This document shows, one piece after another, positions 18,585 through 29,450 of a stretch of 64,000 nt of DNA. The notes beneath the pieces were generated by a model that saw only the letters and a program-made list of their open reading frames with translations, did no database searches and was not told the DNA's origin. The position numbers and the translations under genes are program-made. Location: the IMG/VR virus record IMGVR_UViG_3300009378_000005, positions 1 through 64,000 of that record. One strand, 5' to 3'. Source of the stretch: an uncultured virus (IMG/VR IMGVR_UViG_3300009378_000005). Lineage: Duplodnaviria > Heunggongvirae > Uroviricota > Caudoviricetes. The stretch's first letter is position 1; each line of letters starts with the position of its first letter.

Positions 18585-19766
18585 TTACACAAAATTCTCA
18601 ATCTTTACAGGAAACTTTTGTGATATTCCCCTTATCTTTACTCCCTCAGATGCGATTTTTTCTATTTTAGCTACACTTTTTTCAGGTGCATCAATAATCA
18701 TTGCATCATGAATTACAAACACTGGCAATAGATTCACATTCATGTTCTTACATCTTTCTAACAGGTATCTAAATCCAAGAAGAGACGCATCAACACCAGT
18801 AGACTGTAAATAATGATTTACATGAGATGAATCAGATAAAATTTTTCTTCCATATAGATTTTCTATAAATCCATTCTGATCATAAAAGGATTTTAGGCCC
18901 CTCTCAAGATTTCTAATTTTAAAGTATGATTTAATGGATGATAATATCATATCAGCATCGTTGTCTGGAGGAAGCTTAAGTGAAAGATTCTTTGATGTCA
19001 TTCCGTATAGGCAGCAAATTGTTGATATTTTTGATATATCTCTTGATATCTTACCATCGAATATGTTCTTGCTAATGTCATCATAGATATCATTTGGTGC
19101 TGCAATACCAGCTACGTCCAAAGCAATTCTCGGTTCAAGCGATACAAAATCAACCTGTAACAATCTCCCATCATGAAATCTAGATGAAAAAATAGACCTA
19201 TTTTCTTTTTTTAGCGTCAAGATGTTTGGACCGCTTTTTACAGTTAGCCTTCCTGTAGTTGATTTTGACTGATCGTATCTTATTTGTTGAATTAATCCAT
19301 CGATCTTTGGTCTAAATTTAAAAAGAGAGGAATGAAGATCATCTATATTCTGTAATCGACTTTTATTTACTTTTGCTCTTTTTAAATCCGTCAGAAGCTT
19401 TCTATTTTCAACAAATACATCATCGTAATACGATCCACTTATTTCATCAATTATCTTATATGCACTTCTTTTAATTCTAAAAATATGATTCTTAAATTGG
19501 TCACACGAAATAGAATATGCCCATGGAACATAGGACCTATCACTATCTTTTCTCAGAGTCTGCCACATGTTTTTTTGGCTTTCTGTGTCGAACAATGTCA
19601 GGCTTTTATCTAGCGCCAGTGCAACAGCAGAAAGATCTCGTGATCTATCATTGTCTCCCAAAGACCATACATTATCTGGAATTATCGATATCCACGAAAA
19701 GCTATCACCATCACAAAGAAGATGTCTATCTGTTCCCATCACCTTTGAAGAGATTGCAAGCTTCAT
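18585..19766 (-). CDS. Short family A DNA polymerase-like protein (polymerase motifs only)
   Basis: TTGRL..PNI, motif A DFVSLEPRI, motif B RDISKISTICCLYG, NHYLQSTG, motif C VIHDAMIID. Confidence 0.8.
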   Translation of the reverse strand: MKLAISSKVMGTDRHLLCDGDSFSWISIIPDNVWSLGDNDRSRDLSAVALALDKSLTLFDTESQKNMWQTLRKDSDRSYVPWAYSISCDQFKNHIFRIKRSAYKIIDEISGSYYDDVFVENRKLLTDLKRAKVNKSRLQNIDDLHSSLFKFRPKIDGLIQQIRYDQSKSTTGRLTVKSGPNILTLKKENRSIFSSRFHDGRLLQVDFVSLEPRIALDVAGIAAPNDIYDDISKNIFDGKISRDISKISTICCLYGMTSKNLSLKLPPDNDADMILSSIKSYFKIRNLERGLKSFYDQNGFIENLYGRKILSDSSHVNHYLQSTGVDASLLGFRYLLERCKNMNVNLLPVFVIHDAMIIDAPEKSVAKIEKIASEGVKIRGISQKFPVKIENFV

Positions 19767-19792
19767 ATAATGATTGTAATCTTTACAATAGA

Positions 19793-22765
19793 CTATGTAT
19801 CGATATTTGTAGACTGAGACATTAACTTAGGTAGCACGCTTGAAAGGGTATTTCTAAATGTGTTTACTGTTCCGTTTGAAACAAACGTTAAGTTGAAACT
19901 TGTTTCAAATTTTCCACTTGATAAAGCGTGACTTATATTTGTCACTGTATAGAGGTTATCTGCTGTTGTACCGGTATTTAAATCAAGAAAAAACTGCTGT
20001 CCATACTCTATGATTGGACATCCAAGCATTGTAACACGAACAGATGCAGGAATTACCTTGACGTCTTCAATTGCAGCAGCTTGAGATGTTGATGATTGTG
20101 GATCTTTATCAACTAATGAGTTAAGTAATAGAGCATCGCCAACCGCGCCGCCTGTGTTTGCACTAAGTGTTACACTTTTTAATGCTGTAAACTGTGATCC
20201 AAAGTTTATATTGGGAACCGTTTGCTTAATAAGACGCTTAATATTTTCAGGATTAGTTTTTGATATAATCATATTATAGTCTGTTAAATTTTCACCTTTA
20301 GATGGTGACTCAACGTGGTTTTCATCCTGACTTCTTGACAAGACGTTTCTACTCTGGCCAGGATCGATTCCAACATTAGTAGCATCCATTTCTGACGTCG
20401 AAGAATCTGCGCCCTTTATTAGGCTTGATATCTCTGAGTCATTAAGTGCTGACAGTAGAAATAATTGATCTGCATGAGGCGTTGCACTCTGATCAAACAC
20501 ATGAATTCTAAGAATTACCTTATTATTATCACCAACTGCAGGAAGAGAATCCATGTAAAATTTAACAACCGGTAGTCTAAATTCTCCTGAAGCTGTGCCG
20601 CAATTGTCACTTGTGTATATTTCCTTGAGCCTTTCTTCAATTTCTTTATTTATTTTTTCAATGCTTTTTTGGGCTTCTTCACCCTGATTTGATGACTCAG
20701 AAGCTGTAGCCTTTCGCCTATATAAAGATGTTAGCCCGTAGTTCACATTAGAAGGATTTGACACGATATCTTTTATTAGAGATAAAAACCCATTAACTGT
20801 TAACGATGGATTACTTCTAATCTTATTAAGCATCTTTATGCGAAATTCCTCTATATTGACAACAAACTGTGATATGTCAAGCCTTCTAGCCGCAGCAGCC
20901 TGTGAATTAAACCTATAAAAGAACACCTGTGTCTCATCAAATCTACCTGACGAAGCAAGAGGATATCCTACAAAGCTCATTATCAGCTTTCCAAGAGAGA
21001 CAAACTCATTATTCTGAAGACCTGATTTTACACCTGGAAAAATCTCATCTGTTATCATTCTGTCATCAGGTAAAAACGGATCAGTCGCATCTTCGTGCCT
21101 CAGGGCGGCTATTTTCCCCTTTAATTCAGATTTTAGTGATTGATTTGACTCATTTAATGAAATTAGCTCTCCACCGTTACCGTCCTCTCCTATTAGCTTT
21201 GTTATGACGTTTGTCAATGCTTTTGTGCTTGTTGACGTGTTTATGTCTGCCTGTGGAGACAATATATTGTGAAATTCTTCAAATAACTCTCTTGATATCA
21301 CAGATGATGTTGATGATGCATTTCTTAAGTTTACTGTCACCTGATTTCTTATGTCTCTTAGCTGATTATCGGCAGCGTCTGTAATATCTTGAAGCTTTTT
21401 AGATAATATTGACGTCAATATTGGCTTAAATATAGAAACAGGCACAACATCTCCTGTGGCAACAGGAACATTAATCGAATCTGTTCCTCCTCGAGAGGCT
21501 AATCTTAAAGTTATTTTTACAGTTCCATCATTTCCCATTGAGTAGTTTGATGAAACTGTATGGAAAAGATTTTTTGTCTTCATGCTGTTTAAAAACTTAC
21601 CTATGGGATTATTTGAACCAGACCCACCTTCAGGATGATTCCAACCCCATTCAATTAAAACATTCGTTGTTCCAAATAGATCAATTGCAACAATTGGAGC
21701 GATATCAGCAAGCCTTGACCTATCATGAAGAGTTATATCAACTGTTGCTGTCTTTGAACTAAGCAGTGCTCTTCCCAGCCCTTCAATCTTTATATTGATT
21801 CCGTTTAATGTCATAAGAGGTTTAAACGGATCGAGAATATTTCCTGCCCGTCCTGAAAAATCTCCTCTATTAATATCAGCATTGATTAACGTCTGCGGGC
21901 TCGTAAATAGCTCCATTCCTGCCGTCGATACAGATGGGTTTATTCCAAGATCATCTCCTGCAACTCCGGCAGAAATTGTTCCAAAGAACTCATCTTTTGC
22001 ACCATCATCAAAAATCGAATTATTCATTCCAATTGAATCATTAGGATCATTTTTTGAATTCATTCCAAGAAATCTTAAGAGAGATAGCTGTCTTGTCCTT
22101 TCTCCCAAGGCTGTAGGGACAACAGACATAAACCTAAGATTTATATACGGAACACATCTTGACATCTCAACAGTTGAAATAGCATTAGAAAATAAAGTGA
22201 TGCTATCTGTATTTCTTGTGGGTATTCCCAATCTAAGATTCGGAAATACAAATGCTGACAGTGTTGGACTTTTAAATCTATCAGGTGATGATGTTGATGT
22301 GTTAACGACAGACACACCCAGCTGTGTCTCATTGCTTGATAAGCCGTCATCTGTGCTTATGATTTCTGATCGTGTCATATTCTTAACACTATCATTATCA
22401 CCCTCCATAAAAAAGGATTTTGGTGTTTTTGCTGCGCCTTTCTCAAAATAGACCTTTATAAAATTTTCTATATCACTGTCTTCACTATTTAGCTGCTCTC
22501 CGATTGTATTAAGAATATCCTTTGTAAAAAATGAGCCTTCAGTTGTATCACACAGGGCTTGCTGCAGCAGAGATACTAATTCTGTGTCTGCTTGTGATAT
22601 ATTTGACGTTCCTCCAGTTGCTATATTTGCTGCGCTTAGAATTGCTGCAGCTTGTTGATCTGAAGAAGACCCTTTTGTCATCAGAGATATGATGTCATCT
22701 CTTCCTGTTGAGGCAAAATACTTTAAAAGACCCTCAGTTGCTTCGCTTAAATAACTTATTGCCAC
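19793..22765 (-). CDS. Baseplate hub-like protein (gp27/gpD-type)
   Basis: Position in the baseplate cluster; VLIEWGW; C-terminal VTMLGCPIIEYGQQFF..LYTVTNISHALSSGKFETSFNL. Confidence 0.6.
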   Translation of the reverse strand: MAISYLSEATEGLLKYFASTGRDDIISLMTKGSSSDQQAAAILSAANIATGGTSNISQADTELVSLLQQALCDTTEGSFFTKDILNTIGEQLNSEDSDIENFIKVYFEKGAAKTPKSFFMEGDNDSVKNMTRSEIISTDDGLSSNETQLGVSVVNTSTSSPDRFKSPTLSAFVFPNLRLGIPTRNTDSITLFSNAISTVEMSRCVPYINLRFMSVVPTALGERTRQLSLLRFLGMNSKNDPNDSIGMNNSIFDDGAKDEFFGTISAGVAGDDLGINPSVSTAGMELFTSPQTLINADINRGDFSGRAGNILDPFKPLMTLNGINIKIEGLGRALLSSKTATVDITLHDRSRLADIAPIVAIDLFGTTNVLIEWGWNHPEGGSGSNNPIGKFLNSMKTKNLFHTVSSNYSMGNDGTVKITLRLASRGGTDSINVPVATGDVVPVSIFKPILTSILSKKLQDITDAADNQLRDIRNQVTVNLRNASSTSSVISRELFEEFHNILSPQADINTSTSTKALTNVITKLIGEDGNGGELISLNESNQSLKSELKGKIAALRHEDATDPFLPDDRMITDEIFPGVKSGLQNNEFVSLGKLIMSFVGYPLASSGRFDETQVFFYRFNSQAAAARRLDISQFVVNIEEFRIKMLNKIRSNPSLTVNGFLSLIKDIVSNPSNVNYGLTSLYRRKATASESSNQGEEAQKSIEKINKEIEERLKEIYTSDNCGTASGEFRLPVVKFYMDSLPAVGDNNKVILRIHVFDQSATPHADQLFLLSALNDSEISSLIKGADSSTSEMDATNVGIDPGQSRNVLSRSQDENHVESPSKGENLTDYNMIISKTNPENIKRLIKQTVPNINFGSQFTALKSVTLSANTGGAVGDALLLNSLVDKDPQSSTSQAAAIEDVKVIPASVRVTMLGCPIIEYGQQFFLDLNTGTTADNLYTVTNISHALSSGKFETSFNLTFVSNGTVNTFRNTLSSVLPKLMSQSTNIDT

Positions 22766-22768
22766 TTA

Positions 22769-23065
22769 TCACCTTATCAGCCTAAATACATCGTTTATAT
22801 TCGTAGGAATTTTTATTATTGTTCCAGGAGGAACCTGCAACCCCCATCCTATTCCACTTGCCGCGGCAATAACCCACCACAGATCAGACGACCCATACAT
22901 TCTTCCTGATATCTGATCAAGCCTCTGGCCTTCCTTTAATGTTGTTGTTGTAAACTCAAGGACACCAGACTCAATTGCTTTAAAGATCCTAGATGATGAT
23001 ACGCTGGTTGCATATAGCTTTCTACCAAGAATCTTCGGTGTAAATGCATATCTTCCTGTTGACAT
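22769..23065 (-). CDS. Baseplate wedge LysM-like protein (gp53/tail X-like)
   Basis: GQRLDQISGRMYGSSDLWWVIAAASGI..PGTIIKIP. Confidence 0.8.
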   Translation of the reverse strand: MSTGRYAFTPKILGRKLYATSVSSSRIFKAIESGVLEFTTTTLKEGQRLDQISGRMYGSSDLWWVIAAASGIGWGLQVPPGTIIKIPTNINDVFRLIR

Positions 23066-23072
23066 TTATCTA

Positions 23073-26000
23073 TTAATCCTTTGCTGACTTGATTGCACGT
23101 CCCGCTGCCCTAACTAGTGCTCCCTTTTTTCCTTCACCTGTATATTCAAGTCGAGACGATGCGCCTCCATCATCATACACATCTCCTGCTATGTGCTCCA
23201 TCGCACCCCCAACATTGTAAATAGGAGCCCTGTTGAAGCCAGCATGGTCAAGACCGGGAGGTAGATCGTGAATCACATCAAGCGATAATGTAACCTTGCA
23301 CGCCATGGGAGCCCTGGCATTCCAGTCAATCTCCCATGGAAACTCCATCCAGTTAAAGTCTAATGATGTAATTGCACCTGCAAGCCCACGGCCCTTGGAT
23401 GAGTTAAATGACTTAACTATCGGATTATTTTTTTCATTCATAAAGCTGGCTGCAGATGTTTGTGAAATGTTAATCATGTCAGCAGGCAATCCAAGGGCTA
23501 AAGATGCCTCTTTTACAAGAGCATCGGCGGCTGCCTGAGCTGTGAGTGCTCCTAAACCTATAGTCGAAAGAACAGCTGAATTGAATAGGTACGATGGATT
23601 TGGCATAATGTCTGCATGGGTAACGGCCAGTCTCTTTCCTATCATGTTCAAGTCTACGCCTGAGTCAATTATAACAACACTGTAAATTGTCTTCGTTCGT
23701 GTTGTGCTTGACGATGGACCAGAAAATGTTCTGCTGTCTCCATTTTTTCCTATGGGTATCTGTGAAGATACTGTTCTTGTTCCTGCTAGCTTATTATTTG
23801 ATTTCGAAGATGGTGAACCAGACGTCTGACCATCAATCCACACCTTTATTGGTCTCGTTATTCTAAATCGAATAGCAGAATCATCCTCTACTATGTATCC
23901 ATCATTATGTGACGCCTTGAGATAGTGTATCTCAGACTTCCTATATCCCTTTGTTGACCATCCGCGATCAGAAATTCCTATCTTTGATGCTGTTTCAGAA
24001 ATTTTCTCAGACAACGTATCTGACCATGTTGAATTCTTTGGATTATCTGGGTCTTTCATCCTATCAAGAATTAGCTCTAACCCAAGAGGATTTGCAAAGC
24101 CATTGATTAAAAATTGAGATGTAAATGTCTTTGCTGCGACACCTGCACCGCCACCAATGTTTGACAAGCTAAGATTTCCTAATGATAATGCTAACGGCGA
24201 ACCAAATAAAGAGTAAAACACCTTTATCATTGACTTAGACATGTTTGCAACAGAATCGTTTACACTATTAACTGTCGAACTAATACTTGACAATCCATCG
24301 CCTGTAACCTTTGGGCTTATGCCTGTATCTCCAATTCCAAATATTCTTGCCAGATTAAACTTTGAATAGTTTCCCTTTATAACATCACCAACTCTCATTC
24401 GAATAATCGGAGATGCACCAAGAACTTGAGAAAACGGCTGAATAAACGTACTATCATCAACAGACACCTTGTCACCCTGTGTCCACTTTGGATAAACTAA
24501 TGTTGTTAGCTTATTTATTTTCCACCACATCTCATCAAAATCTTCTTTCGATGTTGAGATAACATAGAATGTTGTTGACACAGTTCGTCTAGTTCCACTA
24601 TATGACTTAACAGCATCCATTCTACCATAGCCGCTTGAATCTCCAGAATATCCCGGGCTGTATCGATCTGTCAGCGTCTCGACAAATGCATGAAATGCAA
24701 CTATTTCATTTGTTCTTAAATCATGAAAATAAAACGGAACATACTCTGAATCGAGCATGTTCTCCAGCCTCTCAATCACTGCTCCAGGTATTCTAGAATC
24801 CCCGCCTACCATATTTTCATCAATATATGCTTTCGTAGCAATAGATGTCCCTAATATCCCCTTTAGAGGATTTGTACCGTCTGACATTGTTCCCATTTCA
24901 AGTGCAGTATTGATTATATTAGCTGGAACAAGATATGCAGAAGGAATTGAATTTCCTCTCCATGCTAGTGACATCGATGTGTTTCCATCGTTGCTTCTAC
25001 TTTTAGATACCCTTGTTGCAGGACCATCCTCAAGCTCATCAACATTCCATGGGTTAACACTGTCATTAATTGAATCAAATTCTAAATTTCCACCTGTCAT
25101 CTTAAAGCTAATGTTTCCAATTGTCGCTGCGACGTTTAAGAAACCAATAATCTTATTGCGACCCAGAGTCATAAATAAGCTTGATGTAACAGATGAATCA
25201 TCATCTCCAATATCACCTATCTCATTTGCTGCCCTTAGAACAGATCTTGCGATAGATAGCCAGAAGCCTGGTGCCTCCTGAATATGCTGATGCTTGACAA
25301 CTGTTGACTTGTCAGATGCTAACACGCCGTCAGATGTCGGACTTTTATCATCTGTAAATAGAACTCTAATTCCTCTATTAACACATTTATCATAAGGATA
25401 GTCAGTTGGAACTATTACAAGACGCTTAAGTAGCTCAAATCTTGAATTTAACGCAAGGTTTGGACCTTTTCCAGACATATACGGTCCAGGATACATCGCA
25501 AGATTGTCTGATATACTCTCACCAATAATTGACATTAGCATCTTTGATGCCTCTAGCAATGCAACTATTGCTGCTGCTGCCTGAGCCTTGACTATCTTTC
25601 TTGACCCTCGTGAGTCAAACATAGAGGAATCTGTATATGTTGACCCATATGATCGACTATTACTACTGTCATGTGATATAAAGCTGCCCCTACCGTGTCT
25701 ATATGAGTAACCTTCAAGCTCTCCCTCAGAAATTTCCGGTCCGCCTTTTGCATTCATCGATCTAAGCAGAGAAAGGTCAACACCCCTAACACCATCAGAG
25801 ACATCATCGTTTCTATCATTAAGAAAATAATCTTCACCTATGTTACCTGGGCTCTGACTTTCACCCGGTATCGTCGAATCATCCCATCCTGCAGACTTTA
25901 ACAGGAGAGACAAGCCGACATTTTTTAGATTATCGTTTATTACCCGTGTAGATTCCTTATCATACTCTCCAAATGATCTTTGTGCTGTTGTTGTTCCGAG

Positions 26001-26648
26001 GTCATCTGATCCGGCATCAAGATCACTTGTAGCTGTTGGCGGTGGTGAAAAGGCCTTTTGATTTGCATGATTTGAGCTAAATCTATTTCTCTTTCCAACA
26101 ATCTGACTGACAGAATCCTCAATGCCTGATATATCCTGTTGATGTGTTGGAAATGTCAGCCCAGTCTTATCTGCATCCTTTCCAGATATTGATGATAGCA
26201 TTTCATGTGAATCTGACGAGGCACCTGTTTTATCAATTAAGCTAGATAGTGTATTTGATGTCTCGTCAAATTGACCGCTATTTGAATATCTCTCCATCTC
26301 TGCACCCAGAGTTGTCCCGTTTCTAGTAAATGTGTTCTCGACTCCTTGATCATCTGCAGGTACAATTACGTCTCCCCTATTAGATGACACGGCCTCTACA
26401 TTTCCACCTTTTACCTTATATGACACAGGCGGTCTTGACAAATCGACTATAAATCTTAGATAATCACCCAGAAGACCGTTTGTCTCATCGACAAGGTCCA
26501 GAAGCTCTTTCTGTGTTCCAGGATCAGCTCCTAAGTCATCCCCGATACCGACTGAACCGTTTCCATCATTATCTGATATGGTATATGATATAGACGTCTC
26601 TGCTGAGCCCTGTTGTGATAGAAAGTCTTTTAAAGTTTTTCTTGACAC
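23073..26648 (-). CDS. Large baseplate/tail tube-initiator-like protein
   Basis: GTG start at 26648 after AAGGAG; PFYFHDLRT..FHAF..YGRMDAVKSYSGTRR..KINKLTTLVYP..PIIRMRVGD and WEID..PMACKV tube-fold-like segments. Confidence 0.6.
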   Translation of the reverse strand: MSRKTLKDFLSQQGSAETSISYTISDNDGNGSVGIGDDLGADPGTQKELLDLVDETNGLLGDYLRFIVDLSRPPVSYKVKGGNVEAVSSNRGDVIVPADDQGVENTFTRNGTTLGAEMERYSNSGQFDETSNTLSSLIDKTGASSDSHEMLSSISGKDADKTGLTFPTHQQDISGIEDSVSQIVGKRNRFSSNHANQKAFSPPPTATSDLDAGSDDLGTTTAQRSFGEYDKESTRVINDNLKNVGLSLLLKSAGWDDSTIPGESQSPGNIGEDYFLNDRNDDVSDGVRGVDLSLLRSMNAKGGPEISEGELEGYSYRHGRGSFISHDSSNSRSYGSTYTDSSMFDSRGSRKIVKAQAAAAIVALLEASKMLMSIIGESISDNLAMYPGPYMSGKGPNLALNSRFELLKRLVIVPTDYPYDKCVNRGIRVLFTDDKSPTSDGVLASDKSTVVKHQHIQEAPGFWLSIARSVLRAANEIGDIGDDDSSVTSSLFMTLGRNKIIGFLNVAATIGNISFKMTGGNLEFDSINDSVNPWNVDELEDGPATRVSKSRSNDGNTSMSLAWRGNSIPSAYLVPANIINTALEMGTMSDGTNPLKGILGTSIATKAYIDENMVGGDSRIPGAVIERLENMLDSEYVPFYFHDLRTNEIVAFHAFVETLTDRYSPGYSGDSSGYGRMDAVKSYSGTRRTVSTTFYVISTSKEDFDEMWWKINKLTTLVYPKWTQGDKVSVDDSTFIQPFSQVLGASPIIRMRVGDVIKGNYSKFNLARIFGIGDTGISPKVTGDGLSSISSTVNSVNDSVANMSKSMIKVFYSLFGSPLALSLGNLSLSNIGGGAGVAAKTFTSQFLINGFANPLGLELILDRMKDPDNPKNSTWSDTLSEKISETASKIGISDRGWSTKGYRKSEIHYLKASHNDGYIVEDDSAIRFRITRPIKVWIDGQTSGSPSSKSNNKLAGTRTVSSQIPIGKNGDSRTFSGPSSSTTRTKTIYSVVIIDSGVDLNMIGKRLAVTHADIMPNPSYLFNSAVLSTIGLGALTAQAAADALVKEASLALGLPADMINISQTSAASFMNEKNNPIVKSFNSSKGRGLAGAITSLDFNWMEFPWEIDWNARAPMACKVTLSLDVIHDLPPGLDHAGFNRAPIYNVGGAMEHIAGDVYDDGGASSRLEYTGEGKKGALVRAAGRAIKSAKD

Positions 26649-26649
26649 C

Positions 26650-26865
26650 CTACTTCTCCTTCGAGAGCATTTCATTTAACTCATCAAAAAACTTTTCTCT
26701 TTTTTCCTCACTTAAAAGAACTGATCCGATCTTATCATTTATTTCTTGAAGCTTTATAACAAAATACTCGACATCAGACTCTACTTTTGCCCTATCATCT
26801 TCAGATAGCTCGCTCAAGGCATCCTCATAAAACATATTTTTTTTAATCTTATCTAGTAGTGTCAT
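26650..26865 (-). CDS. Small hypothetical protein
   Basis: 71-aa ORF overlapping the tape measure stop (ATGA coupling). Confidence 0.6.
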   Translation of the reverse strand: MTLLDKIKKNMFYEDALSELSEDDRAKVESDVEYFVIKLQEINDKIGSVLLSEEKREKFFDELNEMLSKEK

Positions 26866-29153
26866 GATATCTGCGATGTAACAATTGTAATATTGTCAGT
26901 TCCAACTGGGTTTTGTATTATTGCATCGGCCAAAATACGAGAATCTAACTCAACAGTGATATTTATTGGCCTCCCGGACATTGCAGACGTAACTGCCTCA
27001 GCTGTTCTAGATATCACCTCTGTTGTTCCCTGTGTGGGCATTTCAGACTCACCCACATCCACGGCCTCTTCACCGGCTCCAAGAAGAGCCTGTGTTCTTC
27101 TGCCGACAGAGCTTGCAACAACAGTCTCAGCGCTATCAGGCCCAGCGAGTGCTGATGATATTTCCTCTCTTGTCAACCCAGTCTTCTCCATCATATCATT
27201 TATCGCAGACTCATTCAGCTGGTCAAACCTGACCTGATCACTGATCCAAATGTCAAGCATCTCTGATGCGAAATCTGCCTGACTTCTTATAGCCCTTGCT
27301 CTTCTTCCAGCATCAGAGCTTTCAAGAATTCCTAACTGTTCTTCTGTAAATGATGTAATGTCATCAGACCTAGAGATTAGATCATCAAGTGCGTCTCTAC
27401 CGTGTGCTGCAAGAGTTATTGCTGCATCTCTAATTGCAGACCCTTGAACATTTACCCCCTCTCTTGTTCTTTCTTCAATATACCTCAGCGTGTCATCAAA
27501 TTGAGATCTCTTCTCCTCATCTAGCTCACCTATCTCACCCTGGAGCCTTTGTAATGCACCTGAGGTGCCCATGATGCTGTCTATCCTGGCTCTTTCAACA
27601 TCAGCTGCAGCTGCTTCACCTGCCTCAGCTAGGTTTTTAATATGATCTAAGCTTGTCTCAAGCTCTGCTGCTGTTAGCCCAGCCAATCTTTCCTCTATAA
27701 GCTCACCGGTTTCAGATACATATTGACCGCCTTGCTTGCTCATATATTCTTCTAGGGCTTCAGAGCCTGCATTCACTAGCTCTCCAGTGCTTACACCTAC
27801 TATACGAGCTAGCTCAAGCCTTGTATCTGCAAGACCCTTTGCCATATCTTTCGACGCAATGTTCAAGAGGTTATCATTAAATCTTTCCAAAATTCTCGAT
27901 GCATTGTCCATCGGTCTGATGCTTTCAACCATCTCAGAAAGATTGTCCTTTATTAAGCTAGGATCACTTGCTGCCTGGAGATCCTCAAATGACGTTACAA
28001 CATTGCTTGGATCAAGGAATCTTTCAACTGCACCGATGTCCTGGAACCCTAGCTGAGTCTTGAGAAGATTCTTCTCAGCTATCGTCATTGACTCCCAGTC
28101 TTTTCCTGCTCCAAGAAGCTGCTCTCTCATCCTGACTAGGAACTGTTCCTGATCAGTGTTTGCCAGCTCCATCATCTCCATGGCATCCATGTGAATTCCA
28201 AACACAGACGTGAGGTTTCCAACAGCAGTTGCAGCATCCTCATAGCTCTGGAACTTGCCAACGGCTCCTGACAGATCCTCATATCTTATTCCGACCTCGA
28301 TGAGAGCTGCACTGATTCTTGATGCCTCAGACGTTGATACATTTCCAAACCTCTCTGTATCACGAATTATAAGCTCAATATTTCCAGCTATTCTCTTAGA
28401 TGCTATTCCTGTTTCCTTTCCGACGGCATTAGAAAATGCAACAACCTCACGTAGCATCTGCCCTGTAGCCTCACCAGTTAGATCGACTTCTCTAGCGATA
28501 AGAGTCTCAAGCTGTTGCTGGTTAAAGCCCAATTCTTTCTGAGTCAATGCCATGTCAAGGGCGATATTTTCATTTGAGCTTCGAAGCAGATCATATGCCT
28601 CTGTCCCTCTATCAGCCACGGCCTTATAGAAGCTCTCCATCATCTGTTCTGAATTTTCAAATATTGTGAACAGACTAGACCCTTGAATCTTCACAGCCTC
28701 ATCAGAAAAGTCATAAAACTGCGATATGATTCTCTGTGTTGTGTCAACCATCTGTTGTGACTCTAGCGTCGTAGCATTGTTGATAAAGTCTATTCCACCA
28801 CCGAAGTCATCAAGAATCTTAAGAAATTGCTCACTATGATATCGAGTTAACGTATCAACTGCATCTATGGCATCTGATGCGATACCTAGAGGCTTACCAA
28901 GGACATCAAATACCTTTCCAGCAGAACCTGCTAGAGAATCAACTGTTGATCCAATCCTACCCGAAGATCTTTCAGCACGATCTAATGATGCACCCAACCC
29001 TCTGGCTTGCTCTCTAATATCGTCGACGCTATTTCCAGTCGCCTCAGCAATTAAAAGCTGATACTCTAACTGCGTGCTTAGCTTTTGATTTATCTGGCCA
29101 AGAGTTACATTTATCTCTCTTGTTGTTTTATTTTGATCGCCAAAGTCAGCCAT
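26862..29153 (-). CDS. Probable tape measure protein
   Basis: Helical Ala/Glu/Leu-rich 763 aa; located after tube and chaperone genes and before the baseplate genes. Confidence 0.65.
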   Translation of the reverse strand: MADFGDQNKTTREINVTLGQINQKLSTQLEYQLLIAEATGNSVDDIREQARGLGASLDRAERSSGRIGSTVDSLAGSAGKVFDVLGKPLGIASDAIDAVDTLTRYHSEQFLKILDDFGGGIDFINNATTLESQQMVDTTQRIISQFYDFSDEAVKIQGSSLFTIFENSEQMMESFYKAVADRGTEAYDLLRSSNENIALDMALTQKELGFNQQQLETLIAREVDLTGEATGQMLREVVAFSNAVGKETGIASKRIAGNIELIIRDTERFGNVSTSEASRISAALIEVGIRYEDLSGAVGKFQSYEDAATAVGNLTSVFGIHMDAMEMMELANTDQEQFLVRMREQLLGAGKDWESMTIAEKNLLKTQLGFQDIGAVERFLDPSNVVTSFEDLQAASDPSLIKDNLSEMVESIRPMDNASRILERFNDNLLNIASKDMAKGLADTRLELARIVGVSTGELVNAGSEALEEYMSKQGGQYVSETGELIEERLAGLTAAELETSLDHIKNLAEAGEAAAADVERARIDSIMGTSGALQRLQGEIGELDEEKRSQFDDTLRYIEERTREGVNVQGSAIRDAAITLAAHGRDALDDLISRSDDITSFTEEQLGILESSDAGRRARAIRSQADFASEMLDIWISDQVRFDQLNESAINDMMEKTGLTREEISSALAGPDSAETVVASSVGRRTQALLGAGEEAVDVGESEMPTQGTTEVISRTAEAVTSAMSGRPINITVELDSRILADAIIQNPVGTDNITIVTSQIS

Positions 29154-29195
29154 CTACACGTACTCCACACGTAATAAGTATTCAGAACGCAGATA

Positions 29196-29450
29196 TCAAC
29201 CGAAACGTTTGGGACCTATTTCTCCCATTGGAACATCCCTGCTAACACTCCTTGATGTTGATCTATTTTCAGACAACTTCTTCTTCTTCTTGAAATCTTC
29301 AACAAGTCGATCTATAAACCATCGCCTATATGGAATCGGAAGAGATCTCACGTCAGAATAGCTCATTCCGAGATGTCTCTGCAGTAGAAAGGCCTCCTCT
29401 AGAAACGCCTCTCTCCACTCACTCCGTGGGCCAAAAAAACTCTGACCCAA
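29196..29450 (-). CDS. Small tail assembly chaperone C-terminal ORF (gp51/gpT-like), likely reached by frameshift
   Basis: FLLQRHLGMSYSDVRSLPIPYRRWFIDRL; overlaps the upstream gene across a T7 run; no convincing start of its own. Confidence 0.65.
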   Translation of the reverse strand: MGQSFFGPRSEWREAFLEEAFLLQRHLGMSYSDVRSLPIPYRRWFIDRLVEDFKKKKKLSENRSTSRSVSRDVPMGEIGPKRFG

